This document shows positions 8,342 to 16,620 of a stretch of DNA of 51,502 bases, piece by piece (the stretch's first letter is position 1; each line of letters starts with the position of its first letter). Location of the stretch: the IMG/VR virus record IMGVR_UViG_3300042991_000788, positions 1 through 51,502 of that record. One strand, 5' to 3'. Under the pieces are notes generated by a model. The model ran no database searches and was not told the origin of the DNA. It saw nothing but the letters and a program-made list of their open reading frames with translations. The translations under genes were made by a program, and so were the position numbers. Source of the DNA: a virus (taxonomy: Duplodnaviria > Caudoviricetes).

Positions 8342-8355
8342 TTGTTACTTGGTAT

Positions 8356-8378
8356 CTATGTGTATTTAGTACACATAG
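8356..8378. promoter_or_regulatory. 23-bp palindrome family, copy 4
   Basis: CTATGTGTA TTTAG TACACATAG. Confidence 0.9.
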
Positions 8379-8386
8379 ATTGTTTT

Positions 8387-8818
8387 TTACTCTTGCTGCA
8401 TTCGAGCAAGCAATTCTTGCATTGCTTTGATTTGTGCGGCACGCTGGGGAACGGAAAGTTTACTCAATTTGGTTTCCAATTTTTCTTCCTCACTCTTTCG
8501 AGTTCCACCGAGAGTGGGTTTCCAGTTGTGAGTATTGCTATCTACGTCGAATAAAAGTTCTTGAATTTCTTCCTCGTCCTTACCTGCAGCTAACCAGCTC
8601 CGCATCTTTCCTTGAAGGGTGAATAAAATGTGACCAATGACCATCTGGGTAACTACTTCCTCGGAAAAGATTGCTACCATCTCATCGATGGAATCGCCGA
8701 AGTTGTATTCGATAGTACAACTTTCACCTTTGTCGTTTAGGTAGGTATGTTTACCTTCTTTGTCATTGAGTTTTAATTTTGCGATTGCATCTACTGTTAA
8801 AGTTGCTGATACTTGCAT
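8387..8818 (-). CDS. Hypothetical protein
   Basis: 143 aa, AGGAGG RBS, flanked by two palindrome copies. Confidence 0.8.
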   Translation of the reverse strand: MQVSATLTVDAIAKLKLNDKEGKHTYLNDKGESCTIEYNFGDSIDEMVAIFSEEVVTQMVIGHILFTLQGKMRSWLAAGKDEEEIQELLFDVDSNTHNWKPTLGGTRKSEEEKLETKLSKLSVPQRAAQIKAMQELLARMQQE

Positions 8819-8845
8819 GTTGTGCCTCCTTGATTTGATAAGTGT

Positions 8846-8868
8846 CTATGTGTATTTAGTACACATAG
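8846..8868. promoter_or_regulatory. 23-bp palindrome family, copy 5
   Basis: CTATGTGTA TTTAG TACACATAG. Confidence 0.9.
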
Positions 8869-8953
8869 GTGATTAATAATGTTGTAGTGCTTGTTTTTCG
8901 TCTTGCGTTTATTTTTTATTACTTGTTGCTTGTTGCTTGTTGCTTACCTTTAT

Positions 8954-9400
8954 TTATTGTTGCCTACCTCCCATTCTTTGAAGTACTTTTAGCATCATTT
9001 CTGCCTGTTCTCTTGTGAGTTGTTTTTTCTTCTTGTTCGGGGTACGTGATTTGTTCCCCGCTTTATCCTTTACTTCTTGCCTACAAAATATTTTATCCCA
9101 GTTTAATTTACTCTTAGGGATGTAATTAGGATGTACTACGAACATGTTTTTATTCTGCCAATCTTGCTTTTCCTTAAGGATTTTCCAGGGGAGTGGATTT
9201 GGCAAAGGTAATTCATTCTGCTTTGCTTCACAAACTTCAAGGATGGTGCAATCTTGAATTGTGAAGTGTTTAGTTGTGAATTTTTCATATGTTTTAGTAC
9301 TTGCTACACTGTCATTTTCTGCGATGAGAATGTAAGTTGTTTTTACGACTTCTTTTGTCTTGTTGTTTCTGATGATTAGGGAGAAGGTATATTTTTTCAT
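8954..9400 (-). CDS. Basic hypothetical protein
   Basis: Start moved to ATG 9400 (MKKYTF, AAGGA upstream) because the longer ORF runs through a tRNA-like element. Confidence 0.65.
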   Translation of the reverse strand: MKKYTFSLIIRNNKTKEVVKTTYILIAENDSVASTKTYEKFTTKHFTIQDCTILEVCEAKQNELPLPNPLPWKILKEKQDWQNKNMFVVHPNYIPKSKLNWDKIFCRQEVKDKAGNKSRTPNKKKKQLTREQAEMMLKVLQRMGGRQQ

Positions 9401-9476
9401 ACTTTTTCCTTGTGTGTCTAATTCAGGTTTGTGTTGTTGATTGGGTTTGTGTTGTTGTCGGTGAAACAAAAGCTTT

Positions 9477-9549
9477 GCCTGTCTGACTGGATTTGAACCA
9501 GTATTTGCGGCTTGCCAACGCAAGTTTTTCTTATTAAACTACAGACGGG
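9477..9549 (-). pseudogene. Degenerate tRNA (possible GCA anticodon)
   Basis: CCGTCTG/CAGACAG acceptor with one mismatch, GTTT/AAAC D stem without GG, TGCG/CGCA anticodon stem, ACTGG-TTCAAAT-CCAGT T arm. Confidence 0.55.
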
Positions 9550-9574
9550 TTAGTTGACCTGCTGGTCGGGAAAG

Positions 9575-10063
9575 TCAACTGTGGAGTTCTTTTTCTTTAA
9601 AGGATTTTAGTTCTTCAACTAACATTAATTTTCGGGTAAGGAGGACTTTAAATTTCTCTTTGATGTCAATATAACCTTTTAAGTAAAGGGTTTTTGCTGG
9701 GATAAGGGCTTTGTAAAGTTTTAATTCCCAAAGACTTTCATCAGTAAAAGAGTCTTTGTCGGCATATAAACAAGGCCTTACATAGTCTACATAATCCTCT
9801 ACTTCTTTTATACTTGGGAAGGTGTGAAAGAATCCTGTGGTTATTTTGTATAGAACGAATTTGTTTCTTTTAATGTCTTGTATCATGCGAGTTATAAGAG
9901 TTAAATCTGTTTCAAGACTTTTTAATTTATTGACTTCCCAAGTGTATTGAATTTGATATAAAGAAGTTAGGGTATTTGCTTCCGGATTTTTCCACCTTAA
10001 AACGTATACAAAGGCATCATTCTTCATGGTAGTGTATTTTTTACTTATTAGAATTGTACACAT
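9575..10063 (-). CDS. Hypothetical protein (paralog of 10098..10604)
   Basis: Shared MCTxLxSKK, VYVLR, GxFHTF, KAxIPxKxxYLxG. Confidence 0.8.
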   Translation of the reverse strand: MCTILISKKYTTMKNDAFVYVLRWKNPEANTLTSLYQIQYTWEVNKLKSLETDLTLITRMIQDIKRNKFVLYKITTGFFHTFPSIKEVEDYVDYVRPCLYADKDSFTDESLWELKLYKALIPAKTLYLKGYIDIKEKFKVLLTRKLMLVEELKSFKEKELHS

Positions 10064-10097
10064 TGTTTGTTTTTTCCTTGTTTGTTTGTTTGTTTGT

Positions 10098-10604
10098 TTA
10101 AAGTTTATCGTTTAAAACTTCAATCAGTTTTAATTTTTCAGTTACTACCGCAGGACAATGAACTTTGGTTTTCTTAATAATGTTTTCTCTGGAATCGGTA
10201 AATTCAAATGTTATTTCAACAGTTCCGTGTAAGTATCGGGATTTTGGTGGAATTATCGCCTTACAAATAACATAATCACAAGGGACGTAAAAAGTTTCTT
10301 GGAGTAAGTTTAAATCAATTTGGTTAGCCTTGATGTACTTCTTAACCGATTGAAATGTTGTGAAGGTGTGAAAACACCCTTCGCCGATAACCCAACCAAT
10401 ATCTTCTTGTAAAGGAGAATTTTTCATTCTTAACCCTTCAGAGAAAGTTTCGTCTTTAAAAGATTCTTTTTGTTCTTTGTTTAGTTTCCAGTAAGTAGAG
10501 TGATATATACTGCGTAACCCGTCTTGAGTGTTAAAGCGCAGTACGTATACTACTCTTTCCTTACGGGTGGTGAGTATTTTTTTTGATTTCAGCATAGTGC
10601 ACAT
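10098..10604 (-). CDS. Hypothetical protein (paralog of 9575..10063)
   Basis: Same shared motifs. Confidence 0.8.
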   Translation of the reverse strand: MCTMLKSKKILTTRKERVVYVLRFNTQDGLRSIYHSTYWKLNKEQKESFKDETFSEGLRMKNSPLQEDIGWVIGEGCFHTFTTFQSVKKYIKANQIDLNLLQETFYVPCDYVICKAIIPPKSRYLHGTVEITFEFTDSRENIIKKTKVHCPAVVTEKLKLIEVLNDKL

Positions 10605-10658
10605 TTTGATTGACCTTTCTGGTTCGTTTGATTGATTGATTGATTGATTGATTAAGAT

Positions 10659-10937
10659 TTATTCCAAACCTTCACTTGCTTCAATTACTAAGTCTTGATA
10701 AGCATCATTGATGCGCAAGTCTTCAATCCAAACCTCAGCGGCTCCAGCTCCAGTTAAGTCTACCGAAATAATACAGAGTTGTAAAGCAACAATTTCTAAT
10801 TCTTCAGAACTCATTTCACATTCGTAATAAGGGTGAATTTCCATTTTACCCGAAAAATGACGAATGCAGATTAAAACATCAGCTTCAAGGGATAAGTTCT
10901 TAATCCCGCGTTGAATTATCTTTGAAAAGTTTTCCAT
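10659..10937 (-). CDS. Acidic hypothetical protein, first gene after the early promoter
   Basis: Start moved to ATG 10937 (MENFSK, AAGGA RBS); the track start at 11066 is the promoter -35 TTG. Confidence 0.65.
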   Translation of the reverse strand: MENFSKIIQRGIKNLSLEADVLICIRHFSGKMEIHPYYECEMSSEELEIVALQLCIISVDLTGAGAAEVWIEDLRINDAYQDLVIEASEGLE

Positions 10938-11037
10938 ATTGTTCCTTTGTGTTTGTTTGTGTTTGTTTGTGATTGGTTGGGTTCGTTCGAATTCATCCCG
11001 ATTCATCCCAATGAAAAATAAATTAATTTGATGCTCA

Positions 11038-11066
11038 AATATACTAATTATTTTAATCAATGTCAA
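11038..11066 (-). promoter_or_regulatory. Sigma70-type early promoter
   Basis: TTGACA-17 nt-TATATT with upstream A tract. Confidence 0.85.
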
Positions 11067-11223
11067 GTTTTTTTTTAATTTATTTTATGTGGAATAAAAA
11101 TATTTTCGACCAAAAAAAAGCATCAAAAACTGTGCCACAAATTTACATCCTTCCTCTTTACCTTATCTTTACCTCACCCTTACGTTTTTACGTTCATTCT
11201 CATACCTGTCTTTACCTTCTTCT

Positions 11224-11267
11224 TATATACTAATCGTATATACTACCCGTATATACTACCCGTATAT
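11224..11267. repeat. 13-bp tandem repeat CGTATATACTACC (~3 copies)
   Basis: tatatactaatcgtatatactacccgtatatactacccgtatat. Confidence 0.75.
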
Positions 11268-11293
11268 CATTCCCATTCTGAGGATAAAACTAC

Positions 11294-11316
11294 CTATGTG
11301 TACTAAATACACACAG
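11294..11316. promoter_or_regulatory. 23-bp palindrome family, copy 6 (extended arms)
   Basis: CTATGTGTA CTAAA TACACACAG inside GATAAAACTAC...GTAGTTTATC. Confidence 0.9.
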
Positions 11317-11389
11317 GTAGTTTATCATTATTCTTGTTCGTGGATATCATATTACTATCACCCCATCACCCAGCACCCCACACCACCCC

Positions 11390-12088
11390 CTAAAGTTTTT
11401 CCTCTAATACTTTCATCCCTTCATCATCAAACCAGATTTTTTCTTGCTTACTAAGACCATCATAACCCGCAAATTCAGGATTTCTTGCCCAGCTTCTTAC
11501 TTTTTTCTCCATTCGTTCAAGTTCTATTCCTTTATAATCAATTAAAGGTTCATTCAACGCATCAGGTTCACCCTTCATTCCTTCATTCCCTATAGTGGAT
11601 TGATACAATTCATCCGCCCTTGCCTGAATCATAGCAGGACTTACCCCTGCTAATGCCCTTACCCCTTCCTCTCTCCCAGGCAACTGGGCAAGAATGGAGA
11701 AATCAGTTCCTATTCCTGTTTCCCCTTCTCCAGACAATTCTAATTTCTCATATTCCCTCGTAATGTTCTTCGCAGTTGACCTATCCCCTTGAGAAATACT
11801 ACCTGCTGACATTAATCCCTTTGCGACCAGATACTGTTGGGCGAATATAATTCCACCTTCCCTTAAATTCCTATCAATCACATCATATTCCCCCTCTGCT
11901 TTATCTACCAAACTTTCCATAACTGCACGAATAGCGGCAGATGTTGATTGGACAGTAATACCAAATTTTCTTTCTACAAGATTAATAAACCTCGCCAGAT
12001 ACACAATATTAACTCTTGCGCCTATACTTAAGGTTTTTATTCGTGTTCCGTAGATGGTTTGTTGGGTGGATTTGTTGTTTTTACTCAT
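11390..12088 (-). CDS. Hypothetical protein, possible N-terminal ribbon-helix-helix
   Basis: KTLSIGARVNIVYLARFINLVERKFG...STSAAIRAVMESLV strand-helix-helix pattern; function uncertain. Confidence 0.65.
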   Translation of the reverse strand: MSKNNKSTQQTIYGTRIKTLSIGARVNIVYLARFINLVERKFGITVQSTSAAIRAVMESLVDKAEGEYDVIDRNLREGGIIFAQQYLVAKGLMSAGSISQGDRSTAKNITREYEKLELSGEGETGIGTDFSILAQLPGREEGVRALAGVSPAMIQARADELYQSTIGNEGMKGEPDALNEPLIDYKGIELERMEKKVRSWARNPEFAGYDGLSKQEKIWFDDEGMKVLEEKL

Positions 12089-12101
12089 GCTGAAATTCCT
12101 T

Positions 12102-12170
12102 TGTTGATTGGTGTTTGCATTAGTGTTGATTAGTGTTGATTCGTGTTAATTTGTGTTGATTCGTGTTGAG
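12102..12170. repeat. 10-bp tandem repeat TAGTGTTGAT-like (~6 copies)
   Basis: tagtgttgat tagtgttgat tcgtgttaat ttgtgttgat tcgtgttgag. Confidence 0.8.
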
Positions 12171-12181
12171 GGTGGTGTTTG

Positions 12182-12900
12182 TGTAATGATAATTGTAATG
12201 ATTATTGTAATACTTTTAATGGTCATTACAACAATCATTACCAAAACCATAACAAAAACCATAACACCACCCTTCACATCACTTTACCACCTCACCCCTT
12301 ACCATCCATTACCAGCAATAATTATCACTCTAACTGAGGTGAAAAGTGTTATTTTAATTTTTGGGTATTAATTATACTCATGTTCGAACGAATATTTTTA
12401 CCCTAACCATGTGTTAATTATGGGGTTAGTTCTTATGTTTACAATAATCATTACAATAATCATTACCAAAATCATTACAATAGTGTGATGACTTATTTTT
12501 CATTCACTCAAAACGTGTCATTTTACCACACCCATAACCCTATGTTAATCATGGTTTTATCCCACGTCATAACAAAACTCATAACAAAACTCATAACCGT
12601 TATCATAACCGTTATGATTAGTTCAAACGCATTTCCTTCCCCTAAAAAACTTTTTCCCCTTCCACCTTACCCCACATTTTCCACCTGGGTGAGCTGTCTC
12701 ATTCAGTACTTGGTTGTACTTCACTGATTTTTTTTTTTCTCTTTTAGTAAGGAATACTATAGGATACAGATAGATTTTTAAACCCAGCGAAAAGGGGTGA
12801 AAAATGAATTGCCCTAAGAATAAGCGTTTGACCTTTTCATAACGGTTATCATAACCGTTATAACGTTTCATTACGAAAATCATTACGTTAATTATAACAC
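12182..12900. repeat. Four clusters of TCAT(T/A)AC motifs at 12-bp period (iteron-like)
   Basis: Clusters near 12182-12266, 12446-12481, 12567-12618 and 12837-12898. Confidence 0.8.
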
Positions 12901-12983
12901 ATTAAATCATTAAAAAAAATAGTTTTTTTCAGTACATTTACCCCCTTTATCCTTACCCTTAAAAGTGCTTAATTATCCTTTGA

Positions 12984-13006
12984 CTATGTATATTTAGTAC
13001 ACATAG
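12984..13006. promoter_or_regulatory. 23-bp palindrome family, copy 7
   Basis: CTATGTATA TTTAG TACACATAG. Confidence 0.9.
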
Positions 13007-13115
13007 GGCGTTCATAATACAAAACTTAGTAAAGAATAAAAGCGGAATTATCCCTTCAAAGTCATCCCTATCCATACAAGACCCCCAAACCCCCTTTTGA
13101 TGTATAGGTATTCAG

Positions 13116-13210
13116 TTCGGGTATTGTGTTCGGGTATCAAGCATCGGGTTTTGATTCGGGTTTTAATGCCGGGTAATTGGTTTGGATAATCGGGTTTTAT
13201 GCGGGGGTTT
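13116..13210. repeat. TCGGGT(A/T) repeats at ~12-14 bp period
   Basis: ttcgggtatt, ttcgggtatc, atcgggtttt, ttcgggtttt, gccgggtaat, atcgggtttt. Confidence 0.7.
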
Positions 13211-13829
13211 AATTTTGCGTTAAAACCGTGTTTAAACCATCACCACGGCTTTAATTAATGAAATTGGTACAAATGCGCATTGTAAAAAATGAATTCCATC
13301 AAAGCGTTATAATGGGCTTTAAAATCGATTCCCTGCATACGGGTTTGCATTCGGGTTTTGCATCCATTTCCATCCATCCGCATCACCATCCCCATTCGTG
13401 TTATAATGATAAGGTTCAATTCTACGTTAAAACCCCATTTAAACCGTCACCACGCCATTAATTATTAAAATCAATCCGAATACCCAATTAAAGAAATAAC
13501 CCACACCAAACCATCATAATACCCCTTAAAATCAATATCATCCCGTATGGTTAAAAACCATCCACCGTGACCGAAATCCATCCACCCAAATGAATGAAAA
13601 CCATTCAGCCCAATTACCCCTTTACACCATCCCCATCCTTACACTCATACCACATCCCCTTTCATCATCATCCAAACAATGGCATTAGTTTTGCAGGTGG
13701 ACAAAGCGAATCAGGAAAACATCCCTTAGGTTCGGTATAAAAACGTAATGCGTGCAGCACTAAACAAAACCGTAATGCACACAACACACAAACAAACACG
13801 CACAACCAAACACAAAAAGCGAGGCCAGT

Positions 13830-14252
13830 ATGAACTTCCCACTACAAAACAAAACCGCAACTGACACTACCATCATTTTCGAAACAAAAGCCCAACGGTC
13901 AGCCGCAACAAAGGCCGAAATTGAACTGCAAACCCTAACGATTGAGTTCAATTTCGATAATGTAACCGAGGATGAAATCCTTCATTTCCTGGTTTCCAGT
14001 ACTTCCTGCATGAAAATGTTCCAAAACAACATTACAAAGAAATGGAGTAACATCGAAACCCAGGCTTACGTTCAAAAAGGGACTTATCAAGTGTCCGTTC
14101 GCGAAATGTTGGACGGTCGTGTCAAAGCATCCTTATCCCCAGAGAAGTTCGCGGAACGGACAATCAACACTATGCGAAAAAAAGGTATGACTTTAGCGCA
14201 AATCCAGAACAAACTTGCCATTATGATGCTTGATTCCAAAACCGAGGCATAA
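13830..14252 (+). CDS. Hypothetical protein
   Basis: 140 aa, GAGG RBS after an A/C-rich leader. Confidence 0.75.
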   Translation: MNFPLQNKTATDTTIIFETKAQRSAATKAEIELQTLTIEFNFDNVTEDEILHFLVSSTSCMKMFQNNITKKWSNIETQAYVQKGTYQVSVREMLDGRVKASLSPEKFAERTINTMRKKGMTLAQIQNKLAIMMLDSKTEA

Positions 14253-14311
14253 ACAGGTACAACCAAACACAACCAAACAACACAATCAAACAAACCAAAG
14301 GGAGTTTTCCA

Positions 14312-14551
14312 ATGTTACAAGACCAAGTTGAAATTATGGACAAATTAGTCTTAATGCGAACAAACATCACTAACGCGTTAAAGATGTACGCTATGGCTAT
14401 TCAATACAACCTGAACATCACCCAACAGGATGAAACTAATCAAGCCACGTTTGACTTATTAATTCCCCGTATCATCGAACAAACTGTCACTGAATACAAT
14501 GTAAAGAAGGTTGAGCAAGAAGCTCGGCGATTGATTAAACAACTAAAATGA
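14312..14551 (+). CDS. Hypothetical protein (paralog of 14612..14824)
   Basis: QxEIxxKLxLxxxNIT...AxQYNxxIxxQDxTxxAxF shared. Confidence 0.75.
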   Translation: MLQDQVEIMDKLVLMRTNITNALKMYAMAIQYNLNITQQDETNQATFDLLIPRIIEQTVTEYNVKKVEQEARRLIKQLK

Positions 14552-14611
14552 TTTACACTGAGACCAATAACCAATAACCAAACAACCAAACAATACAAGG
14601 AAAAAAGTACT

Positions 14612-14824
14612 ATGAAAAAAGCACAAATTGAAATCATCGAGAAATTAGCCTTAGTAAAAATAAACATCACCAAATTTCTCGAAATGTTTTCCACAGCTTC
14701 CCAATACAACATGGGCATTATCCATCAAGACTTAACCACGGAAGCCGACTTCACTACCGTCTTAGCCAATATTGTTGAGCAAGCATTGTATGAGCATAGT
14801 CTGGAAGAAAACCAAAAGAATTAA
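14612..14824 (+). CDS. Hypothetical protein (paralog of 14312..14551)
   Basis: Same shared pattern. Confidence 0.75.
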   Translation: MKKAQIEIIEKLALVKINITKFLEMFSTASQYNMGIIHQDLTTEADFTTVLANIVEQALYEHSLEENQKN

Positions 14825-14842
14825 ATCAACGTAGCACTACCC

Positions 14843-14880
14843 AAAAAAACCGGATTTATTCAAGTCCGGTTTTTCTTTTT
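14843..14880 (+). terminator. Intrinsic terminator (could work in both directions)
   Basis: AAAAAAACCGGATTT-ATTC-AAGTCCGGTTTTTCTTTTT. Confidence 0.85.
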
Positions 14881-15092
14881 CCTCACTATTCTACCCTCAT
14901 CATCACCTAACCCTAACCTAAACACAATTCTAAACAAACAAACACAAATCTACAAGCCAAATGAACCCCCATCTTGGGGATTTTTATCTAAAGTTCCCTA
15001 GGTACTGGCCCCTCTAACTTTTGCCTAGTTTTTAGTATGTGCACTGTTTAGTACTGTTTCGTTTGTTGGGGTGAGGGGGTTATGGTTATCCC

Positions 15093-15146
15093 TACGGTTA
15101 GGGTTATTCATACGGTTAGGGTTACCCTTACGATCAGGGTTATCCA
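15093..15146. repeat. 18-bp tandem repeat x3 upstream of the terminase region
   Basis: TACGGTTAGGGTTATTCA TACGGTTAGGGTTACCCT TACGATCAGGGTTATCCA. Confidence 0.8.
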
Positions 15147-15153
15147 TATCTAT

Positions 15154-15176
15154 CTGTGTGTACTTAGTATACATAG
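15154..15176. promoter_or_regulatory. 23-bp palindrome family, copy 8
   Basis: CTGTGTGTA CTTAG TATACATAG. Confidence 0.9.
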
Positions 15177-15236
15177 GGAGGATTGGGATTGGGCTTGAGG
15201 GAGAGAAATTGAATTAAAAAGTACTGAAAAAAATCA

Positions 15237-15265
15237 TTGACATTCACCTCAGTTTTTAGTACCTT
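15237..15265 (+). promoter_or_regulatory. Sigma70-type promoter for the structural operon
   Basis: TTGACA-17 nt-TACCTT with A-rich upstream element. Confidence 0.65.
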
Positions 15266-15314
15266 GTCGTTGTAGCGAGGAGTATAATCATTTTGTTTTT
15301 TGGGGACTGTATGT

Positions 15315-15806
15315 ATGAAAAACCTAAGTGTAGAACAAAGAGATGGTTTTGAACCTAAACGCCTTTTATCAAGGCAAAAGGAAATCCTGCGTTGGGTTTC
15401 TTCCGGTTTATACAACCATAAAGAAATTGCAGAAATATTAGGTGTTACCACAGCGACTGTGTGTAATATCATTAGAAGTGAACTTGGTCGTAAGACCTTA
15501 GCTATGTTTGAAGATTCGGCTGACTTTGATGTAGTACAAATGCAGGAAAGAATTAAAACTGCCGCTTCACTTGCTTTGACAATACAAGAAGATATGATGC
15601 TAGATGAGGAAACACCTTTACGCCTTAAGAAAGATTTAACCGATGGTTTCCTTAATCGAGCTGGGTTTAGCCCAGTGAATAAAAATATGAATTTAAATGT
15701 ATCCGCAGGCCTAACTCGTGAGGATATAGAACGAATAAAAACCCGTGCTCGAGAATTGGAAGAATCTGTTAGGGAGAATATTAATGAAAAACTTAATCAG
15801 CTTTAG
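15315..15806 (+). CDS. HTH protein, probable terminase small subunit
   Basis: YNHKEIAEILGVTTATVCNII helix-turn-helix, helical C-terminus, first gene of the late operon. Confidence 0.6.
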   Translation: MKNLSVEQRDGFEPKRLLSRQKEILRWVSSGLYNHKEIAEILGVTTATVCNIIRSELGRKTLAMFEDSADFDVVQMQERIKTAASLALTIQEDMMLDEETPLRLKKDLTDGFLNRAGFSPVNKNMNLNVSAGLTREDIERIKTRARELEESVRENINEKLNQL

Positions 15807-16149
15807 TTTAGTCTTGTTTTTAATCTTACTCTCAACTACAGTAAGTGCTCAAATACTCGGTCAGCGTTATACTCATGTAGACACGATGCAAGTGAGTCCT
15901 ACAGAGAATACAAAGACCTGGAGTACTGAATGGGAGCATGTTGTAGTTTATTCTGATACACTGGATGTATACTTAAAAATCGGTGCTCCGGACACTACAA
16001 GTTGGGATTCAAGATTATTCTTTTACCTTCCTGCAAGTTTCGTTACTTCATTTGGCCCTAGCCCAGGCTTGAAGAAAGTAACTGCAAAAACATTAGTTGG
16101 AACTTGTGTACTTTACTTTGTAGGGGAAAAGAAAGTGAGGCAGTACTAA
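15784..16149 (+). CDS. Signal-peptide-bearing small beta-rich protein
   Basis: ATG 15784 with GGGAG RBS; MKNLISFSLVLFLILLSTTVSA|Q. Confidence 0.75.
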   Translation: MKNLISFSLVLFLILLSTTVSAQILGQRYTHVDTMQVSPTENTKTWSTEWEHVVVYSDTLDVYLKIGAPDTTSWDSRLFFYLPASFVTSFGPSPGLKKVTAKTLVGTCVLYFVGEKKVRQY

Positions 16150-16619
16150 TGAAAATATTATTCTTTCTCTTAATCCCAATCCTGCTCTATGGTCAAGTAG
16201 GTTTTACTTCTGTTGCGGGTGGTGGGGATAGAATTTATAATATCGAAGGAGGACTTGCTGATAACTTAAGTATCAAAACATCTTCAGATAGAATTTACGT
16301 TGCAAGTCCTTTTACTACTCATACATCATTTTCAGCTTCAGATGCAACTCCTGATATTAGTGCGTGTGCAAGTTACATTACCGCTAATGTAAATGCAACT
16401 ACAATTACAACCTTTGATGGAGCTCCTGCAAGTGGTAATCGTATTCTTATGCTCTACATTGGGGATAATAAGACAACCATTCGGCACACTACAGGTACTC
16501 TTGACTGTTGTGCTGGGGGTTATAATCTGACGCCAAAAATAGGTGATGTTTTGACCTTAACTTGGGATGGTAGTAAGTGGTTATGCACATTTCTTTTAAC
16601 GGCAACTACAGGAAATTAG
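16149..16619 (+). CDS. Signal-peptide-bearing virion/collar-like protein
   Basis: TAATG coupling at 16147-16151; MKILFFLLIPILLYG|Q; C-terminal GDVLTLTWDGSKW. Confidence 0.75.
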   Translation: MKILFFLLIPILLYGQVGFTSVAGGGDRIYNIEGGLADNLSIKTSSDRIYVASPFTTHTSFSASDATPDISACASYITANVNATTITTFDGAPASGNRILMLYIGDNKTTIRHTTGTLDCCAGGYNLTPKIGDVLTLTWDGSKWLCTFLLTATTGN

Positions 16620-16620
16620 A

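Noticed and set aside
4335-8622. Plus-strand ORFs such as 4335..4574, 5320..5700, 6052..6309, 8192..8554, 8434..8622
   Set aside because: Antisense to tRNAs or well-supported minus-strand genes
12153-13461. ORFs 12153..12371, 12485..12727, 12623..12883, 13258..13461
   Set aside because: Translations of repeat arrays, low complexity, no convincing RBS
15093-15146. TTAGGG as telomeric repeat
   Set aside because: Only two exact hexamers inside an 18-bp unit in a clear phage context
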